Part shown: piece after piece, positions 16,630-24,718 of the stretch
Layout: each line of letters opens with the position of its first letter
Position numbering within the stretch: the stretch's first letter is position 1
DNA from: an uncultured Candidatus Saccharibacteria bacterium
GTDB lineage: Bacteria > Patescibacteriota > Saccharimonadia > Saccharimonadales > CAZDQS01
Length of the DNA: 64,000 nucleotides
Assembly (NCBI GenBank): GCA_964507855.1
Contig: CAZDQS010000003.1
Span: 85,988-149,987 of the forward strand
Direction of reading: 5' to 3'
Position numbers and translations under genes: made by a program
The notes under the pieces: generated by a model
Database searches by the model: none
What the model was told of the DNA's origin: nothing
Seen by the model: the letters and a program-made list of their open reading frames with translations, nothing else

Positions 16630-17811
16630 CTAATTACTCCGCTCTACAATGAATCTTGCTCGGTCATAAAGTTCATCATAAGTAAATATGCGTACATTTC
16701 TTGAGTCACGACGGAAAAGCTCAAATGTACGCATCTTGATTTCTTTTGTTTTATCATCGCCATTAAACATTGAATCTCTACCGATAATTAAAATAGCTTT
16801 TGAATCAAGTGCTTGGTGCTGTATTTTTGTTCCGTCAGCGTCATATCGCTTAGATTCATCAAGCCACTCAGTGAGATGGCTGGCTTTATATTCTAATATT
16901 TGCGACACTGCCAAAAATAACTCAGAAGATAACGTCCACGAATTTGATCTATTCTGAGTTTCACTAAAAATCATCGTACTTGGTTTTTTTAGTTCTATAA
17001 GGACAGTATATTTATTGGTGCCGGCAAGCGTATCAAGCTTCTCTTCGCCCTTACCAGAAACATCTGCGCCTCGAACAGTTGATTCATTTTGTAAAATAGA
17101 AAGAAATTGATAATCAAGACCGTAGCCGAATATCCATGGGTTTTTCTTAAAAAAGTGCTGAAAAACTTTTTCCTCTTTAGTTATATCTAGCGTCTCACCT
17201 GAATCTTGTTCAGCTTTAGCATATTCCCGCCAGTAGTTTGTGTTATCAAGAAGTTTTTTAAATTTACTCAGTTGCGCACGGCGATAACCTGTATTAACTA
17301 TGTCACCCGAAGTGAGTTGGCCGCCATCCATGACAGCCCTTAACACTTCTTGCCCGTCATCGGACGATAGTAGGGTTATGAGTTTTTTTCTAGTTTCGTC
17401 ATCAATCTTATCCAATGAGTCATCGCCAAGCTTAATACGACGCTCAGAAATACCCTTTAGATCGTGTGACTTTATAAAATCTGCAAATGCAACTATATCA
17501 CCTAGGGTTGCACTTGATAGATTTAGTGACTCGCTGGTTGTTTTATATTCTCCATTTTCAGAGGTCTTTTTTAGTTTAGTAATTTCAAATCCACAAATAT
17601 CCTGCTTGTCATATATGTAGACAATCTTCAGCTGAACATATTTACTCACTTGTAATTTAGACGAGATGCTATCTTGGTAAACGACACGCATATACTTGCC
17701 TTTATTGTTAAAGTCGTGCGTATATAGGTGATCAGGCTTGGAGTTGATAATTACGCTTTCTTTGCTTGCGCCAGCAATCCGTAATTTAGTGTTATTGCCG
17801 TTCACATGCAT
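16630..17811 (-). CDS. Shedu-like protein: unknown N-terminal domain plus C-terminal DUF4263 PD-(D/E)xK nuclease domain
   Basis: 393 aa with 'FFKKNPWIFGYG', 'KLDTLAG', 'VLIELKKPS', 'SQILEYK', 'AILIIGRD' and 'IFTYDELYDRA'. The gaps are 2 nt after hsdM and 1 nt before hsdS. Confidence 0.7.
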   Translation of the reverse strand: MHVNGNNTKLRIAGASKESVIINSKPDHLYTHDFNNKGKYMRVVYQDSISSKLQVSKYVQLKIVYIYDKQDICGFEITKLKKTSENGEYKTTSESLNLSSATLGDIVAFADFIKSHDLKGISERRIKLGDDSLDKIDDETRKKLITLLSSDDGQEVLRAVMDGGQLTSGDIVNTGYRRAQLSKFKKLLDNTNYWREYAKAEQDSGETLDITKEEKVFQHFFKKNPWIFGYGLDYQFLSILQNESTVRGADVSGKGEEKLDTLAGTNKYTVLIELKKPSTMIFSETQNRSNSWTLSSELFLAVSQILEYKASHLTEWLDESKRYDADGTKIQHQALDSKAILIIGRDSMFNGDDKTKEIKMRTFELFRRDSRNVRIFTYDELYDRARFIVERSN

Positions 17812-17813
17812 CT

Positions 17814-19322
17814 CTATCTAATCCCCAGGTCTCTTAGGTAATCTTGCATCTGCGCTTCAAGTTTTTCTAGCTCAGGATTTAGTTTTTCTAGCTCCGCTAG
17901 GTTTGCAGCGATATCAATTTCAGCCTCTTCTTCGAATGTATCGACATAACGAGTGATGTTGAGGTTGTAATCGTTTTCTTGAACTTCCTCTAAGCTTGCA
18001 ACATGGGCAAACTTATCGATGTCTTTGCGCTCAACATAAGCATTGTAGATTTTATTAATATGTTCTTCGGTAAGAGTGTTTTGGGCTTTGCCAGGTTTAA
18101 ACTCTTTCGATGCTTCGATGAACAGAATGTCTTTCTTGTGCTCATTTTTGCCGCCAGGTTCACGCGACCTGTCTAAGATCAGTACAGCGACCGGAATGCC
18201 AGTTGTCTGGAACAGTCCAGCAGGGAGTCCGATTACGGCATCAACAATATTTTCTTTAATAATAGCTTCGCGAATCTTGCCTTCAACGCCGCCACGGAAT
18301 AGCACGCCGTGCGGCACAATCACCGCTACTCGGCCGCTCTTGGGCTTAACTGTTTCGATCATGTGCGTAATGAAGGCATAATCACCCTTATCCTTTGGTG
18401 GCACACCACGCCAGAAGCGATTGTATTTATCACTCTCGGCATTTTCTGCACCCCATTTTTTAAGAGAAAACGGCGGATTCGCTACACATATGTCAAACTT
18501 CATAAGCTTGTCATTCTCGACAAGTAGCGGGTTGTTTAGTGTATCACCCCATTCAAGATATGCTGAGTCCTTGCCATGCAGGAACATATTCATTCGCGCA
18601 AGTTGGTAGGTGCTACCGGTAGATTCTTGGCCATAGAGGGCGTAGTTATTTGAACCTTGTTTTTCAACTTCTTCACCGGCAAGCAGGAGCAAACCGCCGC
18701 TTCCCATAGCAGGGTCACAAATCCTGTCGCCAGGCTTTGGTTGAGCGAGCATAGCAACGAGCTTGGCGACTGATTTGACAGTAAAGAACTCTCCCGCCTT
18801 CTTGCCTGCATCTGCTCCGAAGCGCTCAATCAGATACATATAAGAGTTACCGATTATATCTTCATCCGCATCACTGAGGTCGATTTTATGAAAGTCATCA
18901 ATAAGATTACGTAGCATCTTATTTCGTTGCGCCTGCTTACCGAGAATTGATTCGGAGTTAAAGTCGACACTAAATACACCTTCAAGCTTGGCTTTATTGG
19001 CCTCTTCAATACGATGCAAGACCTTGTTCAGCTCTTCACCGATGTTGTCCTCTTCTTTTTTTGCGTAAATATAATCAAAATCAGTGTTGGGAGGGAGATA
19101 GAAACGGTCTTGTTTCATCTTGGATGCAATACGGTCTTCATCGTCGCCATACCGCTCTTGATATTTGGCATGCTGCTTCTTAGATTTATCACTAAGATAC
19201 TTAAAGAAGAGCATGGTAAGTGCGTAATCTTTATATATACCTGCATCGACACTGGTTCGGCTTGAATCAGCAGCGTCCCACAGGATGTTATTTAGTTCGG
19301 TTTGCGAATATTGCTTGGCCAT
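17814..19322 (-). CDS. hsdM: type I R-M DNA methyltransferase subunit M (N6-adenine)
   Basis: 502 aa with the AdoMet motif 'DPAMGSGGLLL', catalytic 'NPPF' in 'VANPPFSLKKWG', and an N-terminal HsdM_N-like 'LNNILWDAADSSR'. Confidence 0.93.
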   Translation of the reverse strand: MAKQYSQTELNNILWDAADSSRTSVDAGIYKDYALTMLFFKYLSDKSKKQHAKYQERYGDDEDRIASKMKQDRFYLPPNTDFDYIYAKKEEDNIGEELNKVLHRIEEANKAKLEGVFSVDFNSESILGKQAQRNKMLRNLIDDFHKIDLSDADEDIIGNSYMYLIERFGADAGKKAGEFFTVKSVAKLVAMLAQPKPGDRICDPAMGSGGLLLLAGEEVEKQGSNNYALYGQESTGSTYQLARMNMFLHGKDSAYLEWGDTLNNPLLVENDKLMKFDICVANPPFSLKKWGAENAESDKYNRFWRGVPPKDKGDYAFITHMIETVKPKSGRVAVIVPHGVLFRGGVEGKIREAIIKENIVDAVIGLPAGLFQTTGIPVAVLILDRSREPGGKNEHKKDILFIEASKEFKPGKAQNTLTEEHINKIYNAYVERKDIDKFAHVASLEEVQENDYNLNITRYVDTFEEEAEIDIAANLAELEKLNPELEKLEAQMQDYLRDLGIR

Positions 19323-19325
19323 AAT

Positions 19326-19892
19326 TTACTTAACTCCTTCTAATGTTCTACTGACGGCTCCAGTAAAAATATCGTTAATAATTTCTGACTTTCGGTTCAG
19401 TGCTGACAACAAACTGCGCACGTTGGTATGCAAATCCACCATATTTTGTTGGTCTTCGATTGGTAGTTGAGGAACTTCTAATGAGTGGAGATCGCTGATT
19501 CTCAGACTATGAATCGTTGCCCCTCTAGAAACTTGAGAGATATACGACTGTGCCTGAGGGGAGTTAAGATAAATCGCCAAGTACTCAGGCAGGTAGCTTT
19601 GGTTGGTAACGCGCAATACAAAAACAGATGATGAAGCAACTGATGGCTCATCGCTCATAAACACCCCAGCACGAAATGAGCCACGTGAAGTTAGCACAAT
19701 GTCGCCTGGAGCTAGGTACTTATCATTAGGGATGTGATCACTCACTCGTGGCAAGTCTACACCTGAAACATAGCCGTTACTGACATCCTTGGCTTGTATC
19801 ACTCGCACACCAACACCTTCATCACGAACAGCACCACGGAAAGAATATCCGCTTTTAATGTCTGCCACTTCACTGAGTTTTTTCAACCTCAT
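19326..19892 (-). CDS. half-size type I specificity subunit (single TRD plus one conserved helix)
   Basis: The start was moved to ATG 19892 (MRLKKLSEVADIKSGYSF...), with SD GAGGA upstream; 188 aa. 'DIVLTSRGS', 'ATIHSLRISDL' and the C-terminal helix 'DQQNMVDLHTNVRSLLSALNRK' are present. A 3-nt gap separates it from hsdM. Confidence 0.7.
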   Translation of the reverse strand: MRLKKLSEVADIKSGYSFRGAVRDEGVGVRVIQAKDVSNGYVSGVDLPRVSDHIPNDKYLAPGDIVLTSRGSFRAGVFMSDEPSVASSSVFVLRVTNQSYLPEYLAIYLNSPQAQSYISQVSRGATIHSLRISDLHSLEVPQLPIEDQQNMVDLHTNVRSLLSALNRKSEIINDIFTGAVSRTLEGVK

Positions 19893-20094
19893 AATCCTCA
19901 GGGTATACGAATTGTGCATAAATTGCAACAGTTTTATACGCACACAGGCTTCTACTGCATATATATTGACTTTTGACTGCACAACTACTATTGTAATGCT
20001 TATTAACAAGTGGGTATCCACACAACTCTGAAGCGGGGTCAGAAGCACTCGCTGTTTCATAATTTGTTGGATTCCTGGAACGATTTGAATAGCT

Positions 20095-20508
20095 ATGAAC
20101 ATATATATCGATATTGATGGTGTCTTGTTAGCAAATGAGAATTCAGCCGCTCCATATGCTGATGAATTTTTGCAGCAAGTAATGAAGAAGTTTCCAGAAA
20201 CAACACACTGGCTGACTACGCACTGCTGGAAGGGCGAAAACCGCTGTATTGAAGTCCTGTCGCCGCATCTGAAACATGAAACTATTGAGATGCTTTACAA
20301 AATCAAACCCACAGATTGGAACGAGTGGAAGACAGACGCCATAGACTTCAGCAAACCATTCCTATGGTTCGATGACGATCTGTTTCCCGACGAAAGGGTA
20401 ACGCTAGAAAAATACGATGCGTTGCAAAACTATGTTAAAGTCGACCTCTTCAATAATCCTGAACATCTTAAGGAGCTTTTAAAGCTAGTTGATGTAGACC
20501 GCGGTTAG
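20095..20508 (+). CDS. small HAD-superfamily-like hydrolase
   Basis: 137 aa with motif I 'IYIDIDGVL' and an acidic motif 'LWFDDDLF'. It is transcribed divergently from the R-M operon. Confidence 0.55.
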   Translation: MNIYIDIDGVLLANENSAAPYADEFLQQVMKKFPETTHWLTTHCWKGENRCIEVLSPHLKHETIEMLYKIKPTDWNEWKTDAIDFSKPFLWFDDDLFPDERVTLEKYDALQNYVKVDLFNNPEHLKELLKLVDVDRG

Positions 20509-20639
20509 AATTAGTAAATAGCAGTTGGTTACAATATAACGTGGCGTCTGGTACATTTCAGAGAAGCTCGGAACGCGCACCAGCTCGCATGTTGTTCTAT
20601 TCGTTTATCAGGTGCCTGTTCAATGCGCATACTATGCAA

Positions 20640-21299
20640 CTACCACGTTAAATCTGAGTCTCCGTTCTCGGCGTAATTTCTTGCTGCGAGTATTAGGCGC
20701 GGAATTATAGCATCACCACTAACATAGGCAGGTACGAAGAACTTTGTATTAATACTTCGCATGCTCGTCTTTGCTGAACCAAGTCCAATAATTTGTGCAT
20801 CAATTGACCCTGCCTTACCGCTAAAAAGACTGAGCGCATCGTCTACCGATACCTTAATCAGTCCACCTATCTCTCGTCTGTCGTACTTTATAGTATTGAG
20901 CGATAGACCATTTACCACGATAAGCCATACATACTGCCATTCGAATTCAGAAAAATTAAAAGCAATATTTGCTGCAGATTGTCGCTTACCCAGAAACACT
21001 GGCTTATATTGTTCGGGCTTTAATCCTAGCTCCTCTTCAAGCTCTCGAAGTGTGGTCTCTGGCTTCTCGCCAGCTGATATGTGGCCCCCAGCACTAAAAT
21101 CAATTTCAAACTCCTCGCCATTTGTCTTGTGCTTTGACCTAGCCTTTGCCTGAAGAATGACAGAACGGTCTTTCTCGTCATACACTATTGAAATGAACGT
21201 TGGGTGCCATAGGGCATAGTGATGAATCACATCACGATCTGCAGATCCAATAATGTTTCCTCTTGAGTCTAATACTGTAAGCCACTCTTGTTCCTTCAT
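20640..21299 (-). CDS. NUDIX hydrolase
   Basis: 219 aa. The Nudix box is 'GHISAGEKPETTLRELEEELGL', with the RELEEELGL core intact and the loop one residue shorter than GX5EX7REUXEEXGU. Confidence 0.8.
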   Translation of the reverse strand: MKEQEWLTVLDSRGNIIGSADRDVIHHYALWHPTFISIVYDEKDRSVILQAKARSKHKTNGEEFEIDFSAGGHISAGEKPETTLRELEEELGLKPEQYKPVFLGKRQSAANIAFNFSEFEWQYVWLIVVNGLSLNTIKYDRREIGGLIKVSVDDALSLFSGKAGSIDAQIIGLGSAKTSMRSINTKFFVPAYVSGDAIIPRLILAARNYAENGDSDLTW

Positions 21300-21946
21300 G
21301 CCTGAGCCTGTTCTTCCATTCGTGGTACCAAATCAACAGATGTGATGTGCATAGGCGCGTCGTCCACGATCATATCCTTAAATCTACTACTAAGGCCGTC
21401 CCACTCGTGGGGCTTCAATCCCTGCCTAAATCCTATCAAGGTATTGAGCACACTACCATGAGTAACTACAAAAGGTGTTTTGGGGAATACTGCTTTCAAC
21501 CTATCTCTCACGATCATCATTCTTGTCCAGGTATCCTTTATCGATTCACCACCGTTGGGCGCCCTGCGCGCAAACTGTTCATCAGGAGATAAGTTGCGAT
21601 AGAGATATGGTGAAAGTCGATCATCCATACTGACCTCTTCTATTGTTCTTGCCTCTAAGGCACCAAAATGCTGTGCCCGCAACTGTTCGTCGACTTCAAT
21701 ATCAAAATCTAATTTATCAGCAATAATCTCTGAAGTCATCATGGCTCGTCGCAGAGGACTGGTTACAATAATTTCGGTAACATCCGTTAAGATACAATCA
21801 CCCAGTACACGATATAGTTGATCTGCCATGATTGTTGCTTTCTTAACGCCTACTTCATCTAAGGGCCTGTCTGTACCCGCACCAACTATTTCGTTATATC
21901 GCCTGGGTATTGGAGCATGTTGCAACCAGTAGAGCTGTTCTGCCAT
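21296..21946 (-). CDS. histidine phosphatase (phosphoglycerate-mutase-like) family protein with RHG->QHA variant
   Basis: 216 aa with 'WLQHAPI' in place of RHG, plus 'TSPLRRAMMTSEII', 'HFGALEARTIEEV' and 'VVTHGSVLNTL'. It has a 4-nt ATGA overlap with the Nudix gene. Confidence 0.7.
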   Translation of the reverse strand: MAEQLYWLQHAPIPRRYNEIVGAGTDRPLDEVGVKKATIMADQLYRVLGDCILTDVTEIIVTSPLRRAMMTSEIIADKLDFDIEVDEQLRAQHFGALEARTIEEVSMDDRLSPYLYRNLSPDEQFARRAPNGGESIKDTWTRMMIVRDRLKAVFPKTPFVVTHGSVLNTLIGFRQGLKPHEWDGLSSRFKDMIVDDAPMHITSVDLVPRMEEQAQA

Positions 21947-22024
21947 TTAAATGTTTTACCAGATGATTATAGTTTTGTCCAGTCTACCCTTAGACCAGCT
22001 TTGTGTCGTGGTAAACTTAAACCC

Positions 22025-22480
22025 ATGCGTACAAACACAAAATGGAATCAAAACAGTTTTGAACAAGCGGTGATTCAGGCGCAAAAAAGCCTGGATGAGG
22101 GCGGCGTGCCCGTCGGTTCGGCGCTGGACATCGACGGCGAAATCATCGCCACAGGACACAACGAACGGGTACAGAAAGGCGACCCAATCGCACATGGTGA
22201 GATGTCATGCCTGCGTGCCGCCGGCCGGCAGAAATCATACAAAAAGGCCGTGCTCTATACTACGCTTGCACCGTGCGCCATGTGCGCCGGCACCATCGTA
22301 CAGTTCGGCATCCCGCTGGTCGTGGTCGGCGAGGCCGAGACTTTCCCGGGTGAGCTGGACTTCCTGCGCTCGCGCGGCGTGGAAGTAGCTGTGCTCAACG
22401 ACGACCGCTGCAAACAGATGATGCAAGAATTCCAGGAAAGGTATCCCGAAGTCTGGGCTGAGGACATCGGAGAAAGCTGA
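22025..22480 (+). CDS. cytosine deaminase, FCY1 (CDA-fold) type
   Basis: ATG 22025 was chosen; 151 aa. 'GHNERVQKGDPIAHGEMSCL', 'LYTTLAPCAMCAGTIVQFGIPLVVVGE' and 'WAEDIGE' closely parallel yeast Fcy1 as I recall it. Confidence 0.85.
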   Translation: MRTNTKWNQNSFEQAVIQAQKSLDEGGVPVGSALDIDGEIIATGHNERVQKGDPIAHGEMSCLRAAGRQKSYKKAVLYTTLAPCAMCAGTIVQFGIPLVVVGEAETFPGELDFLRSRGVEVAVLNDDRCKQMMQEFQERYPEVWAEDIGES

Positions 22481-22483
22481 CCC

Positions 22484-22960
22484 ATGCAACCAACCGACAG
22501 TGAATTTATGAAGCTTGCTATTGACCTGTCGCAGGAGGGGATGGACAAGGGCGCTGGCGGACCGTTCGGCACCGTCATCGTTAAGGACGGCCAGGTCATC
22601 GCTACCGGCGTCAACCAAGTGACCAGCACCAACGACCCGACCGCCCACTCTGAGATGGTTGCCATCCGAGCAGCCTGCGAGAAGCTGGGCACGTACGACT
22701 TAAGCGGCTGCGCGCTCTACGCCAGTTGCGAGCCATGCCCGATGTGCCTCGGTGCTATCTATTGGGCGCGTATCGACAGGGTGTATTACGCGGGCACCCG
22801 TGAGGATGCCGCCCGGATCGGCTTTGACGATGCGCACATCTATGACGAGTTGGCGAAACGGCCGCACGAGCGTGATATCACCTTCACACAGATTGGGCGC
22901 GACACAGCGCTAGACATCTTTGCCGCATGGGAAGCAAAGCCCGACAAAATAATGTACTGA
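22484..22960 (+). CDS. guaD: guanine deaminase (GuaD-type, CDA fold)
   Basis: 158 aa. 'GGPFGTVIVKDGQVIATGVNQVTSTNDPTAHSEMVAIR', 'SCEPCPMCLGAIYWAR' and 'GFDDAHIYDEL' closely parallel B. subtilis GuaD. Confidence 0.87.
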   Translation: MQPTDSEFMKLAIDLSQEGMDKGAGGPFGTVIVKDGQVIATGVNQVTSTNDPTAHSEMVAIRAACEKLGTYDLSGCALYASCEPCPMCLGAIYWARIDRVYYAGTREDAARIGFDDAHIYDELAKRPHERDITFTQIGRDTALDIFAAWEAKPDKIMY

Positions 22961-22961
22961 C

Positions 22962-23774
22962 TTACGCCAAAATATTGCGCCGGTTGAGTATCCAATACGC
23001 GGCCGCTGTTAACGCACCAGAAATAACGATTATCGCCACAACCGGCCCCAATCGCGGGCCATCCATCGCCCATACTGCCGGCACCGTCTGGTAAAACACC
23101 GAGAGGCCGACAACATCCTTCAGCGGCTCCCACAATTGACCAGCGAAATTCAAAAAGTACGACGCAACCACAAACACCGTCACCGTAGACGTCGCGATTG
23201 ACCGCTGCGAAACGGCAGCGCTGACCGCAAAGCCCAGCCCAGCCACCAACAAGGCCAATGGGATGTACGACGCAACCATCAGCAAAACATCGCCATAGCC
23301 AACATGCGCGCTCAATGTTTCGCTGAACTGCATGCCGACAACTGCGCCAATGAAGCTGGCAGCCAATAACGTGGCAAGCCCTGCCAAAAAGTGCACCACT
23401 CGGGCAGTCAAAACCTTGGCCCGGGCCACCGGTCGCGTAAAGAGCAGCTCCGCGGTGCCATCCTCAATCTCTTTGGCAACAGCACTAGCTGATGTCACGA
23501 GCGCCCATGCAACAATAAGGACGATGGGTATGGGGTGCGCGAAGCCAACCCCGAGCCATCCGGCCGGATCAAACATATTGGCACCGCCAGTAAATACACC
23601 GAGCGCATCCGGCATGGCGCCATCGGCTGTGAAGCCGCTCTCCGAAAAATACGGCGCGAAGGGGTCAAACATCGCCCCCATCAGGAGCTGGAAGGCAAAC
23701 ATGCCAGCCGCCAGGCTGATGAGCATCCGCTTATATTTACGAAAAGCTGCAGAGTACAGTGCCTTAAACATCAT
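22962..23774 (-). CDS. ABC-2 type transporter permease
   Basis: 270 aa with 6 TM segments. It overlaps the upstream ATPase gene by 11 nt. Confidence 0.72.
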   Translation of the reverse strand: MMFKALYSAAFRKYKRMLISLAAGMFAFQLLMGAMFDPFAPYFSESGFTADGAMPDALGVFTGGANMFDPAGWLGVGFAHPIPIVLIVAWALVTSASAVAKEIEDGTAELLFTRPVARAKVLTARVVHFLAGLATLLAASFIGAVVGMQFSETLSAHVGYGDVLLMVASYIPLALLVAGLGFAVSAAVSQRSIATSTVTVFVVASYFLNFAGQLWEPLKDVVGLSVFYQTVPAVWAMDGPRLGPVVAIIVISGALTAAAYWILNRRNILA

Positions 23775-24669
23775 TGCTCACCTCATAATAGTGCTTGAAC
23801 GCTTCCTCAAGCGATGCGTTTTCTATACTTATATCCTCGACTGGCAGGTTGGACACAGCCTTCAAAAACGGTTTTGGATCGCCGGTAAAGGTCACAATGT
23901 GGCGCCGATCCGTCCCGCTGACTTCATTGAACCCTCTGAGACCCTCCCAGGTGCTGTGCGCAACGTCACTCGCAAACACCACATCAAGCTTGCGTGCCAG
24001 CGTTTCGCGCAAATCATCCAGCGAGCCGTCATACACAATCTTGCCGGAACGGATGATACCGACACGCCGGCAGACCCGCTCAACTTCACTAAGCGTATGC
24101 GATGAAATCAGGATTGTTTTGCCGCGCTGCCGCTCTTCGTCCAGTAGCTGAGCGAACTCTGACTGCATGAGCGGATCCAGCCCAGTGGTCGGCTCGTCAA
24201 GGATATAAATCGGCACATCATGCTGGAACACACTAGCAATCGCAATCTTCTGCCGCATACCGCTGGAGTAGTGCTTCACCTTTCGCCCAAGATCTGCCTT
24301 GTCGAACTTGAACCGCTCAAGTATCTCCCGCTGCCTGGTCGGCTTCAGCTTATGCAAGCTACCTAAGAAATCTAAGTTTTCCTGGCCGCTCAAATGACCG
24401 TACAGCCGGACGTCGCCGGGCAGATAGGCAAACTGCGCCTGCACTGATATACGGTCACTCAACATATCGGTGCCGAGAATACGAACCGAGCCGCCATCCG
24501 GCCGCAGCAAGCCTGTCAACACCCGAAACAGCGTGGATTTCCCGGCGCCATTAGGGCCCAGCAAGCCGTACAGCTCGCCCGTGGTGATAGATATATCAAC
24601 CGCATCGAGCGCTCGTTTGGGGCCAAATGAAACAGAGACATTGTTTATTTTTACCGCGTTTTCGCTCAT
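23764..24669 (-). CDS. ABC transporter ATP-binding protein
   Basis: 301 aa with Walker A 'GPNGAGKST', signature 'YSSGMRQK' and Walker B 'IYILDEPT'. Confidence 0.9.
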   Translation of the reverse strand: MSENAVKINNVSVSFGPKRALDAVDISITTGELYGLLGPNGAGKSTLFRVLTGLLRPDGGSVRILGTDMLSDRISVQAQFAYLPGDVRLYGHLSGQENLDFLGSLHKLKPTRQREILERFKFDKADLGRKVKHYSSGMRQKIAIASVFQHDVPIYILDEPTTGLDPLMQSEFAQLLDEERQRGKTILISSHTLSEVERVCRRVGIIRSGKIVYDGSLDDLRETLARKLDVVFASDVAHSTWEGLRGFNEVSGTDRRHIVTFTGDPKPFLKAVSNLPVEDISIENASLEEAFKHYYEVSNDV

Positions 24670-24718
24670 GCTTTTAAGTATAACAATTATCTTAAGTTAA
24701 GTAAGGATGGGTGCGCAA

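Larger units (their letters stand above)
11530..21950. mobile_element. AT-rich genomic island (type I R-M/Shedu-like defence operon plus nucleotide-hydrolase genes) adjacent to tRNA-Gln; no integrase
   Basis: Hand-counted lines inside the island are about 22-42% GC, versus about 55% in flanking core genes. It starts right after the tRNA-Gln 3' repeat. The right boundary is approximate (GC rises at the deaminase genes). Confidence 0.55.

Noticed and set aside
15414-19892. I considered a phase-variable hsdS shufflon, given the two S genes in one locus.
   Set aside because: The two S genes are in direct orientation. I found no inverted repeats shared between them by eye, and no recombinase is present in the island.
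20509-22024. I looked for a third copy of the tRNA-Gln 3' repeat marking the right end of the R-M island.
   Set aside because: No match to CGAATCCCTCCGTCCCAGCCA was found by eye in the candidate boundary regions (20509-20639, 21947-22024). The right boundary therefore rests on composition only.
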